Source of the DNA: Treponemataceae bacterium | GTDB taxonomy: Bacteria > Spirochaetota > Spirochaetia > Treponematales > Rectinemataceae | Direction: 5' to 3' | NCBI GenBank assembly: GCA_963678065.2 | Contig: CAXXVZ010000003.1 | Location: forward strand, 2,144,001 to 2,208,000 | DNA: 64,000 nucleotides | Part shown: one piece after another, positions 46,001-64,000 of the stretch | Position numbering within the stretch: position 1 is the first letter of the stretch | Layout: the number at the start of each line of letters is the position of its first letter | Program-made: the position numbers and the translations under genes | Notes under the pieces: model-generated | Told to the model about the DNA's origin: nothing | Seen by the model: only the letters and a program-made list of their open reading frames with translations | Database searches by the model: none

Positions 46001-46702
46001 ATGATGGTCGAATCAGCGCATGAATCTTCACACTGCGATCAGGCCTCCGATCCACAGGCGCGGGAACGTCTCGACGAGAGAGGAGTGAGGGCATTGTCGG
46101 ACCTGGATCTCGTGATGATCCTTCTCGGCACAGGTATGAAGGGAAAACCAGTGGCCATCCTCGCCGAAGAAGTACTCCATCTGATCGACCACGAGAGAGA
46201 GAAGCTTGATTGCGCTCTCCTCCGGAAGTCGGCCGGAGTGGGAAAGGCAAAGGCCAGCACGATCCTGGCATCGCTTGAGCTGGGAAGGCGGATATTCGGC
46301 CCCAGGGGAAACAGGATTTCTTCCCCCGGAGATTTTTTCCCCCTCGTCAGACATCGGGCGGACCGGAAGCAGGAATGCTTCGTCTGTGCATCCCTCAACG
46401 GGGCCCACGAAGTGATCGGCGTCCGCGTGATTTCCAAGGGCCTGGTGAACAGAACCATGGTTCATCCCAGAGAAGTGTTCGCAGATGCGATCACGGACAG
46501 GGCATGCGCCGTGGCAGTCGCACACAACCACCCTTCGGGAAGGCTCGACCCCTCGCCTGAGGACATGGAAATCACTCGTAAGCTGAAAAAGGCAGGGGAT
46601 TTTCTCGGAATACCCCTGCTCGACCACATCGTGTTTTCGGAGTCCGGCTATTTCAGCTTTGTCGAACATGGTCTCCTCGATCCCGAAATACAGGGAGAAT
46701 AG
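46001..46702 (+). CDS. radC: RadC/JAB domain protein (UPF0758)
   Basis: RERL...ALSD, HhH GVGKAKA, HPREVF, AHNHPSG...PSPED, LLDHIV. Confidence 0.92.
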   Translation: MMVESAHESSHCDQASDPQARERLDERGVRALSDLDLVMILLGTGMKGKPVAILAEEVLHLIDHEREKLDCALLRKSAGVGKAKASTILASLELGRRIFGPRGNRISSPGDFFPLVRHRADRKQECFVCASLNGAHEVIGVRVISKGLVNRTMVHPREVFADAITDRACAVAVAHNHPSGRLDPSPEDMEITRKLKKAGDFLGIPLLDHIVFSESGYFSFVEHGLLDPEIQGE

Positions 46703-46742
46703 CGCACCGGTGATGGGGAAGCAGCCGCAAGCCGGGAGACAC

Positions 46743-46769
46743 AAGAAAGCCCGGTCCGAAGACCGGGCT
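46743..46769 (-). terminator. Intrinsic terminator of the SPT-like gene
   Basis: AGCCCGGTC-TTCG-GACCGGGCT followed by TTCTT (cUUCGg loop). Confidence 0.7.
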
Positions 46770-46829
46770 CATGACAGTTGTGGTTCGGAGAACCTGCAGA
46801 CTGAAAAGGCTACAAGACCCTGTTTTGCC

Positions 46830-48008
46830 TCAGATGATACCGAACTTCTTGCCGGCAGTCTCGAAGATATCGAGAGCTCGCGTGAGCTGCTCCCTGGTAT
46901 GGGTCGCCATGTAGCTTGTCCGGAGCAGGGCCATGCCCTCGGGAACGGCGGGGGAGATGACGGGGTTGGTATATAGCCCCATGTCGAAGAGCTCCTTCCA
47001 GAAGCGGAAGCACACTTCATCCTGTCCGATGATGACCGGAATGATGGGGGTCTGCGTTCCGCCGATGTTGAAGCCGAGTTCGCGGAAGCCTTTCATCATG
47101 AAGTGGGCATTTTCCCAGAGGCGCTCGACGTGTTCGGGCTCCGTTTCCATGATTTCGAGCGCGGCGTATGCCGCCATGGCGTTGGGAGCAGGTAAGGAGG
47201 CGGAGAACATGAAAGACCGGGCCATATGCTTGATGTAGTTGATGACATCCTTGTCGCCCGCAACGAATCCGCCCAAAGAGGCGAAACTCTTGGAGAAGGT
47301 GCCCATCGTGATATCGACCTCGTCGATGAGGTTGAAGTGAGCGGCTGTCCCGCGTCCCTTGCCGAGAACGCCGATTGAGTGCGCATCATCGACATAGAGC
47401 CCAGCGCCGCGACGCTTGCATATTTCGACAAGTTTCGGCAAATCCACGATGTCGCCGCCCATGGAGAACACGCCATCCACGACGACGAGCACCCCTTTAT
47501 CTTCGGGGATCTTCGCCAGGATGCGGTCCAGCTGCTCGAGGTCGCTGTGGACGAAGCGCTTGATTTCGCCGTAACCGAGACGGCACGCATCCACGATGGA
47601 GGCGTGGTCGTCCTTGTCGGTGATCACGACATCGTTGCGGCCGAGCAGAGCCGAGATCGCGCCAAGATTGGTCTGCATGCCTGTGCTGAACACGAGGGCG
47701 GCTTCCTTGCCCATAAAGGCGGCGAGCCTCTCCTCGAGCATAAGGTGCAACTTGAGCGTTCCGTTCAGGAAGCGGCTGCCTGTGCAGGATGGGCCGAATT
47801 CCTCGAGGGCTTTCATGGCCGCGGCCTTGACCTTGGGATGCGTGGTGAGCCCGAGGTAATTGTTGGAGCCGATCATGATGATGCGCTTGCCGTTGAAGGT
47901 CGCCTCGGGACCTTCCATGCCATCGAGAGGCTGGAAATAGGGATAGATGCCCTTTTCCATAGCCTGTTTGTCGAGGTCGAACGCCGCGCATTTCTTGAAT
48001 ATGTTCAC
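46830..48008 (-). CDS. PLP-dependent alpha-oxoamine synthase, serine palmitoyltransferase-like
   Basis: YPYF, GSNNYLGL, GSRFLNGT, DHASI, DGVFSM, DDAH, GTFSKSFASLGG; GTG start after AAGGAG. Confidence 0.8.
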   Translation of the reverse strand: MNIFKKCAAFDLDKQAMEKGIYPYFQPLDGMEGPEATFNGKRIIMIGSNNYLGLTTHPKVKAAAMKALEEFGPSCTGSRFLNGTLKLHLMLEERLAAFMGKEAALVFSTGMQTNLGAISALLGRNDVVITDKDDHASIVDACRLGYGEIKRFVHSDLEQLDRILAKIPEDKGVLVVVDGVFSMGGDIVDLPKLVEICKRRGAGLYVDDAHSIGVLGKGRGTAAHFNLIDEVDITMGTFSKSFASLGGFVAGDKDVINYIKHMARSFMFSASLPAPNAMAAYAALEIMETEPEHVERLWENAHFMMKGFRELGFNIGGTQTPIIPVIIGQDEVCFRFWKELFDMGLYTNPVISPAVPEGMALLRTSYMATHTREQLTRALDIFETAGKKFGII

Positions 48009-48187
48009 CAGAATTCTCCTTTTCCGGCCAGGTGGTGTCCGTGCCGGGAGTTGGGATGAAGCCCGGTCGGCTGACACGGGCGCCTTGGCATGGACCGCTT
48101 GTGCGGACATCGGGCAAGTACGTCTTCCCGATCTGTCCACGGTCCTACGGGAAAGGGCGACCGTAGTTCGGCGCCAATTCCGGACTT

Positions 48188-48217
48188 ATTGTAAATGCTT
48201 GGTGAGGAGCCGGTCAA
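48188..48217 (-). promoter_or_regulatory. Promoter of the SPT-like gene, implying a 5' UTR of about 170 nt
   Basis: TTGACC (48217-48212), 18-nt spacer, TACAAT (48193-48188). Confidence 0.65.
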
Positions 48218-48310
48218 TCACACACCTAAGTATATCAATAATAAAGATTTTTCTTGTGTATGCCGGGGATCAGGAAAACTGTGGCCGGGGGAAAAGAGAG
48301 ATGGCTGCCC

Positions 48311-49039
48311 TCATTTCCTTCCTTTTATCATCTTCTTAAATCGCTCGCCGGACTTTTCCTGACCCGAGTCGGGCGATTCCTTGCGCTCTGCAAGGCCGGA
48401 GAAAGAGATTACTTCCTTTTCAGGTCCGGACAGGAGCAGGATATCGTCCCGCTGCAGAGCATAAGCCGCGTCAAAATACCGGTATTCATCTGAATTTTCA
48501 TGCCGGATTGCGATCACATTGATGCCGTGTCTCTTTCGCAGATCCGCCTGAACGAGGGTCATGCCGACATATTTTTCCGGCATGGCCACTTCGGCCATGA
48601 CGAGGTTGGAACCGAGCGGAATAAAGTTGTACAGGCTGGATGAAAAGAGAAGCGGGACGATCCGCGCCGCAGCCTCGCGGTCGGATTGCACAATCCGTGT
48701 TGCGCCGATGATCTTCAGTATCTCGCTCCGCTCGTCCGAGTCCGTTTTCACCACTATCTCGGGAACTCCCATCTTCTTGAGCGTATGGGTCACGAGGAGG
48801 GTAGCCTCGAGATTGTCCACCAGATCGACGATGGCAACGTCGATGTTCTCCGGCAGTACGCCGGTAAGGGTCGCTTCGTCGTATGTCGAGACTATGTATG
48901 CATTGCGGGCTGAATCCTTGATTTTTTCGACAGCGACCGGATCCCTGTCCACCACGACAATCTCGTCGGTCGTTTCCGCGAGCTGGGAGAGCACGCCAGC
49001 AGAAAACCTTCCCAATCCGATCAGCGCGAATTGCCTCAT
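48311..49039 (-). CDS. KtrA/TrkA potassium uptake regulatory subunit
   Basis: IGLGRF Rossmann start followed by a TrkA-C domain. Confidence 0.9.
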   Translation of the reverse strand: MRQFALIGLGRFSAGVLSQLAETTDEIVVVDRDPVAVEKIKDSARNAYIVSTYDEATLTGVLPENIDVAIVDLVDNLEATLLVTHTLKKMGVPEIVVKTDSDERSEILKIIGATRIVQSDREAAARIVPLLFSSSLYNFIPLGSNLVMAEVAMPEKYVGMTLVQADLRKRHGINVIAIRHENSDEYRYFDAAYALQRDDILLLSGPEKEVISFSGLAERKESPDSGQEKSGERFKKMIKGRK

Positions 49040-49048
49040 GATACTCTC

Positions 49049-50374
49049 CTATCCTATCAACAGATCAGTCGTAGGCAGCTCCGCGAAGTGCTCAACTGCC
49101 TTGGCAGGCCGTGGAAGCGACATCGCGAACAGCCCGACCCTGCCGGAAAACATCGTCGCGACAAGAATAAGCTTTCCGAGATCGGAAAGTCCCGGCGTGA
49201 GGCCGAGGGAAAGTCCGACGGTTCCGAAAGCGGAGATGACCTCGAATACTATTTCTACAAGCTGGACCGATTTGTTTGCCGCGGTTTCGGCGACGAGGAG
49301 AAGAATAACGGCCGTGAAAACAATGGCAAGTCCTTTGACGGCGATGCTCAGAGCCTTGATCACCTTGCGGGCGGGGATGGAACGCCCATCGAGGTTTATC
49401 TTGTCTTTTGCGTCGACATCACGAAAACCAGCCAGCACAATGATGAAAAAAGTTGTCGTCTTTATTCCCCCCCCGGTGGAGGCCGGAGAAGCTCCAATGA
49501 ACATGAGAAGCATGGTTACCAGTACGGATCCGTGGGATAGTGTATTCTGGGGAATGGTGTCGAAACCTGCCGTTCGCGGCGTGACTGACTGAAAAATGCT
49601 CGCGGTGATCCTCTGCAGGACTGTCATGCCTTTCATGGAGCCATTCTTCTCCATGAAAAAGAATACGAGAGCTCCTGAAATTATAAGGAAGGTACTCACA
49701 GCCAGCACCGTCTTGGAGTGGTGTGAAAGCCTCTTTCCATTCCGGAAGATGCGGTTTCCTACATCCCTCATCACAAGAAACCCTATTCCTCCGAGGGTGA
49801 TGAGTCCGGCAATGGTGTAGTTCACGAGGGGATCGAGTTTAAAATCTTCCAGGTTGGTGCTGAAGGTCGAGAATCCCGCGTTGCAGAAGGCTGAAACGGC
49901 ATGGAAGAGGGAGATGAACAACCCATACTCGTAGTTCCTGAACCGCGTGTACAACAGGCCCGCGCCAATCAGTTCAATTGTCAGTGTCAGAAGGAGGATA
50001 TCGCGGATTATCACCTTGGGCTTGTTCTCGACTTCGTCGACGTAAAAATCTTTGATGATTCCACGGTTCATGAGAGAAATTCTCTTTCGGGGAATCACGA
50101 TGTACATCGTGGCGAAGGCAATTATCCCCAATCCTCCAGTCTGGATAAGCAGGGCAATGAAGAATTGGCCAAGTCTGGTGTACAAGGCTGTGTCGACGCT
50201 TACAAGTCCTGTTACGCAGACTGCGCTCGTGGCGGTGAATAGGGCGTCTATCCACCGCAGGGGTTCAGGACCTTTCCATGAAAACGGCAATTTCAGCAGG
50301 CAGGCGCCAGTCAGGATTATCAGAGTAAAATATGTGAGTATGAATGCCTTATCGCTACGGATTTTGAATTTCAT
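49049..50374 (-). CDS. KtrB/TrkH potassium uptake membrane subunit
   Basis: SAVCVTGL, SAFCNAGF, RTAGF, STGGGIK, SAFGTVGLS. Confidence 0.94.
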   Translation of the reverse strand: MKFKIRSDKAFILTYFTLIILTGACLLKLPFSWKGPEPLRWIDALFTATSAVCVTGLVSVDTALYTRLGQFFIALLIQTGGLGIIAFATMYIVIPRKRISLMNRGIIKDFYVDEVENKPKVIIRDILLLTLTIELIGAGLLYTRFRNYEYGLFISLFHAVSAFCNAGFSTFSTNLEDFKLDPLVNYTIAGLITLGGIGFLVMRDVGNRIFRNGKRLSHHSKTVLAVSTFLIISGALVFFFMEKNGSMKGMTVLQRITASIFQSVTPRTAGFDTIPQNTLSHGSVLVTMLLMFIGASPASTGGGIKTTTFFIIVLAGFRDVDAKDKINLDGRSIPARKVIKALSIAVKGLAIVFTAVILLLVAETAANKSVQLVEIVFEVISAFGTVGLSLGLTPGLSDLGKLILVATMFSGRVGLFAMSLPRPAKAVEHFAELPTTDLLIG

Positions 50375-50502
50375 GATAATGCGGCTTGTATACACTTCCG
50401 GCCTGGGATAATCAAGAGGTCATCCTTCGTTCTGGTTTCGGTGCGGAAAATATAACCAGCATCGGATTCATACCTAAATGCAAAGGGTAGGGAATAAAAA
50501 AA

Positions 50503-50615
<113 letters not shown>

Positions 50616-50771
50616 AATATATACGAACGAGGGGCCTCATCGAGCGAGGCAGTACAGGCGGCGCCGATCAGGACGATCAGGCGAAGCGCGGGTACGGGGG
50701 AAGCAGAAGAAGGCGACAGAAAACCTGACCGGATGGCCAGTGTCCTTACGGAAAAAAGCGAACGATAATAT

Positions 50772-53740
<2,969 letters not shown>

Positions 53741-54018
53741 ATATTATTGATCGCTCTTTTCTTTCCCACTTCGGGTGCAATGCTTCTGTGCCCCACTCCG
53801 CTCGCGCCCTTCCTGGACGCTTCGCTCGTCTTCGCTCTTCGCATTGCACGTTTGCCGGTCAACCATACGCGCTCGCATACGGTCTCCCAGCCCTTTTGTT
53901 TTGCCTTTCCCCGATGAATCCTGTCATCCCTGACTGATCCATCGGTCTGCTTCCCTTCCCTGGTTCCTTTCAATGAACACGCTGTGAACGGCCCACGCCG
54001 CAGGGCATGCCCGCTTCG

Positions 54019-54092
54019 TGGAGATAATGGGACTCGAACCCACGACCTACGGCTTGCAAAGCCGCCGCTCTAGCCAACTGAGCTATATCCCC
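54019..54092 (-). tRNA. tRNA-Ala (TGC), in the ITS of copy 1
   Basis: GGGGATA TAGCTCAG, anticodon arm GCGGC-TTTGCAA-GCCGT, GGTTCGAGTCC. Confidence 0.97.
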
Positions 54093-54245
54093 AGTCAGAT
54101 AGTTCTTTCCACTTATAAAAAAAAGAAGGGATAAAGTAAGGAGGGTTAGTACTGCCTTCGATCCAGTGCGTCAGCCTTCAGCTTCCGCATTCACGAATGC
54201 ACGCATTCGTGGCGCGTACTTCAAAGACTGTCCACTCTTTCTCGC

Positions 54246-55789
<1,544 letters not shown>

Positions 55790-56044
55790 ATATTCAAACG
55801 GGCCGAAGCCCATTCGATATCATAAAGAATCAAATCTTCTTGTTCCGTATTCCCTCTCGGAAACACCGGCATTCGCTTTCCTCTCGCCTCTCATGGCCGC
55901 GCTTCGCCGAACTCTCATCCGACTCCTCACTGCCCTGTTTGGCTTCGAACCTTTCGGTCCTCTCCCTTACTCTATCCCTTCCCTTGTTCCTGTTAATGAC
56001 CCTTTCTCAACCACATCAGCAGCTTCCGTGCCATGCGGCTCAGC

Positions 56045-56074
56045 TTTTTACCACTAGGCATCAACGACTGTCAA
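56045..56074 (-). promoter_or_regulatory. Putative promoter of rrn copy 1
   Basis: TTGACA (56074-56069), 18-nt spacer, TGg-TAAAAA. Confidence 0.55.
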
Positions 56075-56262
56075 CAGGCAATCGTTGATTTTTCCCGTTT
56101 ATTTTCAAACTCGCGCTATCCCGCAAAAACCACAACATCCCTCAAAGCGAGTCTTAATCAAACTCATGAAACTTTCGAACCAGGTCTCTACTTATCAAGA
56201 CAACAAACGGATTCTCATGCATCCATCCGTTGTCCACTCAACCTATGTAGGGAATAAAAAAA

Positions 56263-56375
<113 letters not shown>

Positions 56376-56531
56376 AATATATACGAACGAGGGGCCTCAT
56401 CGAGCGAGGCAGTACAGGCGGCGCCGATCAGGACGATCAGGCGAAGCGCGGGTACGGGGGAAGCAGAAGAAGGCGACAGAAAACCTGACCGGATGGCCAG
56501 TGTCCTTACGGAAAAAAGCGAACGATAATAT

Positions 56532-59500
<2,969 letters not shown>

Positions 59501-59778
59501 ATATTATTGATCGCTCTTTTCTTTCCCACTTCGGGTGCAATGCTTCTGTGCCCCACTCCGCTCGCGCCCTTCCTGGACGCTTCGCTCGTCTTCGCTCTTC
59601 GCATTGCACGTTTGCCGGTCAACCATACGCGCTCGCATACGGTCTCCCAGCCCTTTTGTTTTGCCTTTCCCCGATGAATCCTGTCATCCCTGACTGATCC
59701 ATCGGTCTGCTTCCCTTCCCTGGTTCCTTTCAATGAACACGCTGTGAACGGCCCACGCCGCAGGGCATGCCCGCTTCG

Positions 59779-59852
59779 TGGAGATAATGGGACTCGAACC
59801 CACGACCTACGGCTTGCAAAGCCGCCGCTCTAGCCAACTGAGCTATATCCCC
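59779..59852 (-). tRNA. tRNA-Ala (TGC), in the ITS of copy 2
   Basis: Matches copy 1 at +5760. Confidence 0.97.
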
Positions 59853-60005
59853 AGTCAGATAGTTCTTTCCACTTATAAAAAAAAGAAGGGATAAAGTAAG
59901 GAGGGTTAGTACTGCCTTCGATCCAGTGCGTCAGCCTTCAGCTTCCGCATTCACGAATGCACGCATTCGTGGCGCGTACTTCAAAGACTGTCCACTCTTT
60001 CTCGC

Positions 60006-61549
<1,544 letters not shown>

Positions 61550-61804
61550 ATATTCAAACGGGCCGAAGCCCATTCGATATCATAAAGAATCAAATCTTCT
61601 TGTTCCGTATTCCCTCTCGGAAACACCGGCATTCGCTTTCCTCTCGCCTCTCATGGCCGCGCTTCGCCGAACTCTCATCCGACTCCTCACTGCCCTGTTT
61701 GGCTTCGAACCTTTCGGTCCTCTCCCTTACTCTATCCCTTCCCTTGTTCCTGTTAATGACCCTTTCTCAACCACATCAGCAGCTTCCGTGCCATGCGGCT
61801 CAGC

Positions 61805-61834
61805 TTTTTACCACCACACCTCTCACCCTGTCAA
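61805..61834 (-). promoter_or_regulatory. Putative proximal promoter of rrn copy 2
   Basis: TTGACA (61834-61829) at the same offset as in copy 1 despite a different spacer sequence; TGg-TAAAAA -10. Confidence 0.55.
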
Positions 61835-61960
61835 GCAGATCTTTCCTTCCTGCCTTTCTCAGAATGACTCGGACCGAACCATGGCGCTTTGCATCACAAA
61901 GCACATGCGATTCAGTCAAAACAGCCAGTATTTCACCGTTTGTTTTTTTGGCGCTCTATT

Positions 61961-61990
61961 AAAATAGCAAACCGGCCGATCGATTGTCAA
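61961..61990 (-). promoter_or_regulatory. Putative distal (P1-like) promoter of rrn copy 2
   Basis: TTGACA (61990-61985), 18-nt spacer, TGc-TATTTT. Confidence 0.45.
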
Positions 61991-62217
61991 TACCCTGCCA
62001 AATCAATCGGCGATATTATCGGACGAACATTCCCGGACCACATATTCCTTTTCGAACACCATCGATCCGGGCAACCATTCTTTCGAATCTGGCTGCCGTT
62101 CGGCGGCGAGGTTGACAATACGGAATTTGAGCGCGGATGGTCAAGCACCAAATGCGGAAAATTCATCAAAATATCATCATTTGCAAACAAGGGCAAAAAA
62201 CATAAACAAGCCAGACA

Positions 62218-62793
62218 TCATGTTCCGGAAGAACTCAACTTCCGGAACTGCACAAGATAGTCGATGAACGAGGCAACGGAAAGCGTCACGGCAAAAACGT
62301 ATGACACAGCGATGATGACTCTGAAAGCCGGGATGATGCCGGGGAACCAGCCCAGAGACTCCACGGAGAAGAGCGCCAACGAGAGTATGCCGGACACCAT
62401 GTACAGAACGGCCTTGGCCTTTCCGCCAGGTCGGGCTCCCATGGTGATCCCCTTGTCGACGAGCAGCATGCGGATGAAAAGTATACCGAATTCGCGGTAC
62501 AGGATGATGAGGAAAGCCCAAAGAGGCATTATGCCGGAGAAGGTAAAGCATACGAAGTAGGTCATCCGCGCGATGACATCGGCAAATGGGTCGAAGAGTT
62601 TGCCAAAACTGCTGACAGACTTGGTCGAGCGGGCCACGGCGCCGTCCAGCAGGTCACTCAACTCGATGGAGACGAACAGGATCCACAAAAAGATGACGGC
62701 AGGAATTTTCGGAATACCCGGGATAAAATAGAGAGCAAAGAAAATAGGTGAAAGAAAAATCCTGCTCATAGTGAGCTTGTCGGCGGGAGTCAT
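62218..62793 (-). CDS. pgsA: CDP-diacylglycerol--glycerol-3-phosphate 3-phosphatidyltransferase
   Basis: ADKLTMSR, SDLLDGAVAR...S.FGKLFDPFAD, RE, GKAKA. Confidence 0.85.
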   Translation of the reverse strand: MTPADKLTMSRIFLSPIFFALYFIPGIPKIPAVIFLWILFVSIELSDLLDGAVARSTKSVSSFGKLFDPFADVIARMTYFVCFTFSGIMPLWAFLIILYREFGILFIRMLLVDKGITMGARPGGKAKAVLYMVSGILSLALFSVESLGWFPGIIPAFRVIIAVSYVFAVTLSVASFIDYLVQFRKLSSSGT

Positions 62794-62800
62794 AGGTTCG

Positions 62801-62840
62801 AGGATATGGATTTGACACGGCCACTGTCAAGTTATATCAT
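62801..62840. promoter_or_regulatory. Overlapping divergent sigma70 promoters
   Basis: Plus strand: TTGACA 62812-62817, 17 nt, TATCAT 62835-62840. Minus strand: TTGACA 62830-62825, 18 nt, TATCCT 62806-62801. Confidence 0.7.
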
Positions 62841-62904
62841 TCATTGACCTGTCCAGACGAGTCGGCATCCATATTCGCAGGACAGGTGGAATCCGGAGGC
62901 AGGA

Positions 62905-63732
62905 TTGACGCACATTATCCCTGACAGGCTCACCCGCAGCATGGTCAGGACCATGGTGGGATACTACGTCACGCAGATGGTCATCTTTTTTGCCTTCGCC
63001 GTTCCAGGCGGTTTCGGGCGCCGATACGGGTTGCCTTTCTGGATAGTTTCCACCTGTTTTCAGCTTGCACTCCTCGGCATGCTCTTCGTGTTCCGCAATG
63101 ACTTCGTCATCGAAAAAACTGGCGAAAAACTGGTCCGCGTCAATGTTGCGAACAGGATAACCCTGTTCCGCATAACTACGCTTCCGACGCTTCTCTTCCT
63201 TATTATCGCTGCGAAGGCGTACAGGATCCGCACTCCTCTCCTCGTCCTCGTCGTCCTCGTCTTCCTGACGGATTTCATGGACGGCTACATCAGCAGGAAG
63301 GCGAAACAGGTAACGCGCGTCGGAAGAATGATGGACTCGGCGAGTGACTACAGCCTCCTCGCCGTATTGACCACAGTATTCCTTTACTACAGACTCATTC
63401 CTCTCTGGATGTTCTGGCTCGTAACCGCACGGCTCGGACTCCAGTCCGTGCTCATGGGCATCCTCATTCTCGTCAAGCGCAAGATAGAGCCAAAGACAAC
63501 ACCCTTGGGCAAAGTTGCCGTTGCCTCGATCATGGTTTTATATTCAGTCGAGGTGCTGAAACTGATTGCGCTCCCCACGCCCCCCATTATTCTTCGGATC
63601 GTCGAGTACGCGGTGGGAGTGGTGCTCGCAGTCAGCATGGTCGACAAGATAAAGATATTCGCAGCTTCCCTCTCTCCCCTTCGTGAAAAGACCACGGTGG
63701 AAACTGCCGGCACGGACTCCGGGCCCCACTGA
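62905..63732 (+). CDS. CDP-alcohol phosphatidyltransferase with N-terminal TM extension
   Basis: ANRITLFR, TDFMDGYISR...TRVGRMMDSASD, LGK; TTG start after GGAGG. Confidence 0.85.
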   Translation: MTHIIPDRLTRSMVRTMVGYYVTQMVIFFAFAVPGGFGRRYGLPFWIVSTCFQLALLGMLFVFRNDFVIEKTGEKLVRVNVANRITLFRITTLPTLLFLIIAAKAYRIRTPLLVLVVLVFLTDFMDGYISRKAKQVTRVGRMMDSASDYSLLAVLTTVFLYYRLIPLWMFWLVTARLGLQSVLMGILILVKRKIEPKTTPLGKVAVASIMVLYSVEVLKLIALPTPPIILRIVEYAVGVVLAVSMVDKIKIFAASLSPLREKTTVETAGTDSGPH

Positions 63733-63772
63733 AGGGTCTGTGTCCAGCGAAAACAAATTCAGGAGAAATCAC

Positions 63773-64000
63773 ATGGCATTGATCAAAAGCGCTCTCGAAT
63801 TGGCCCTTGAAAAGACGAAAGACCTCAAATTTGACAGTGTCGCACTCGAAACCGGCAAATTCAAGGCGGAAGGCAAGCGCGCCGCGGGAAAATTTCTGGA
63901 AACCCCTGACGAGGTGGATCTGGCCGCGATGATCGACGCATGCGACCCTGCCTACAGGGAAGTCTACAAGGAAGGAATGATCGAGGTGCTCGCCGCAAAC
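63773..64000 (+). CDS. Hypothetical protein (possibly DUF6657-like), runs off the window
   Basis: AGGAG SD, then MALIKSALELALEKTKDLKF...; open to the end of the window. Family assignment is from memory only. Confidence 0.7.
   Translation, partial: MALIKSALELALEKTKDLKFDSVALETGKFKAEGKRAAGKFLETPDEVDLAAMIDACDPAYREVYKEGMIEVLAAN

Noticed and set aside
46001..46702. radC as a marker of a mobile element
   Set aside because: It is the full-length chromosomal type with the HhH region, and no integrase, att site or transposase lies nearby.

Overview
High-GC bacterial chromosome segment, most likely from a spirochaete (inferred from Asn at the RpoB S531-equivalent position, a divergent EF-G2 in the str operon, and overall gene order). 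Positions 1-23.2 kb hold an intact minus-strand translation/transcription supercluster: tRNA-Thr, rpmG, tRNA-Trp, secE, nusG, rplK-A-J-L, rpoB, rpoC, rpsL, rpsG, a degenerate fusA paralogue, tuf, the S10 operon and the start of spc. Positions 23.2-50.4 kb hold housekeeping and accessory genes: murJ, a HAD hydrolase, a VanY-type carboxypeptidase, a UDG-like protein, a tightly coupled XPB helicase / helicase-associated WYL-like / NYN-LOTUS / GNAT operon, an EEP nuclease, clpP, TlpA-CcdA, a Gate-domain protein, an apparently inactive GH3, malQ, radA, an RlmI-like methyltransferase, rubrerythrin-desulfoferrodoxin-rubredoxin, radC, a serine-palmitoyltransferase-like gene with a long structured leader, and Ktr/Trk potassium uptake genes. 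Positions 50.5-61.8 kb hold two head-to-tail, apparently identical 16S-tRNA(Ala)-23S-5S operons with a 5760-bp period. The window ends with two divergent CDP-alcohol phosphatidyltransferases and a partial CDS. No CRISPR array, IS element or prophage was seen. The best leads are the XPB-WYL-NYN-GNAT operon, the SPT-like gene and its switch-like leader, the UDG-like protein, the insulated EF-G2, and a recurrent leaderless-promoter architecture. All calls come from motif recognition by eye; no database searches were run.
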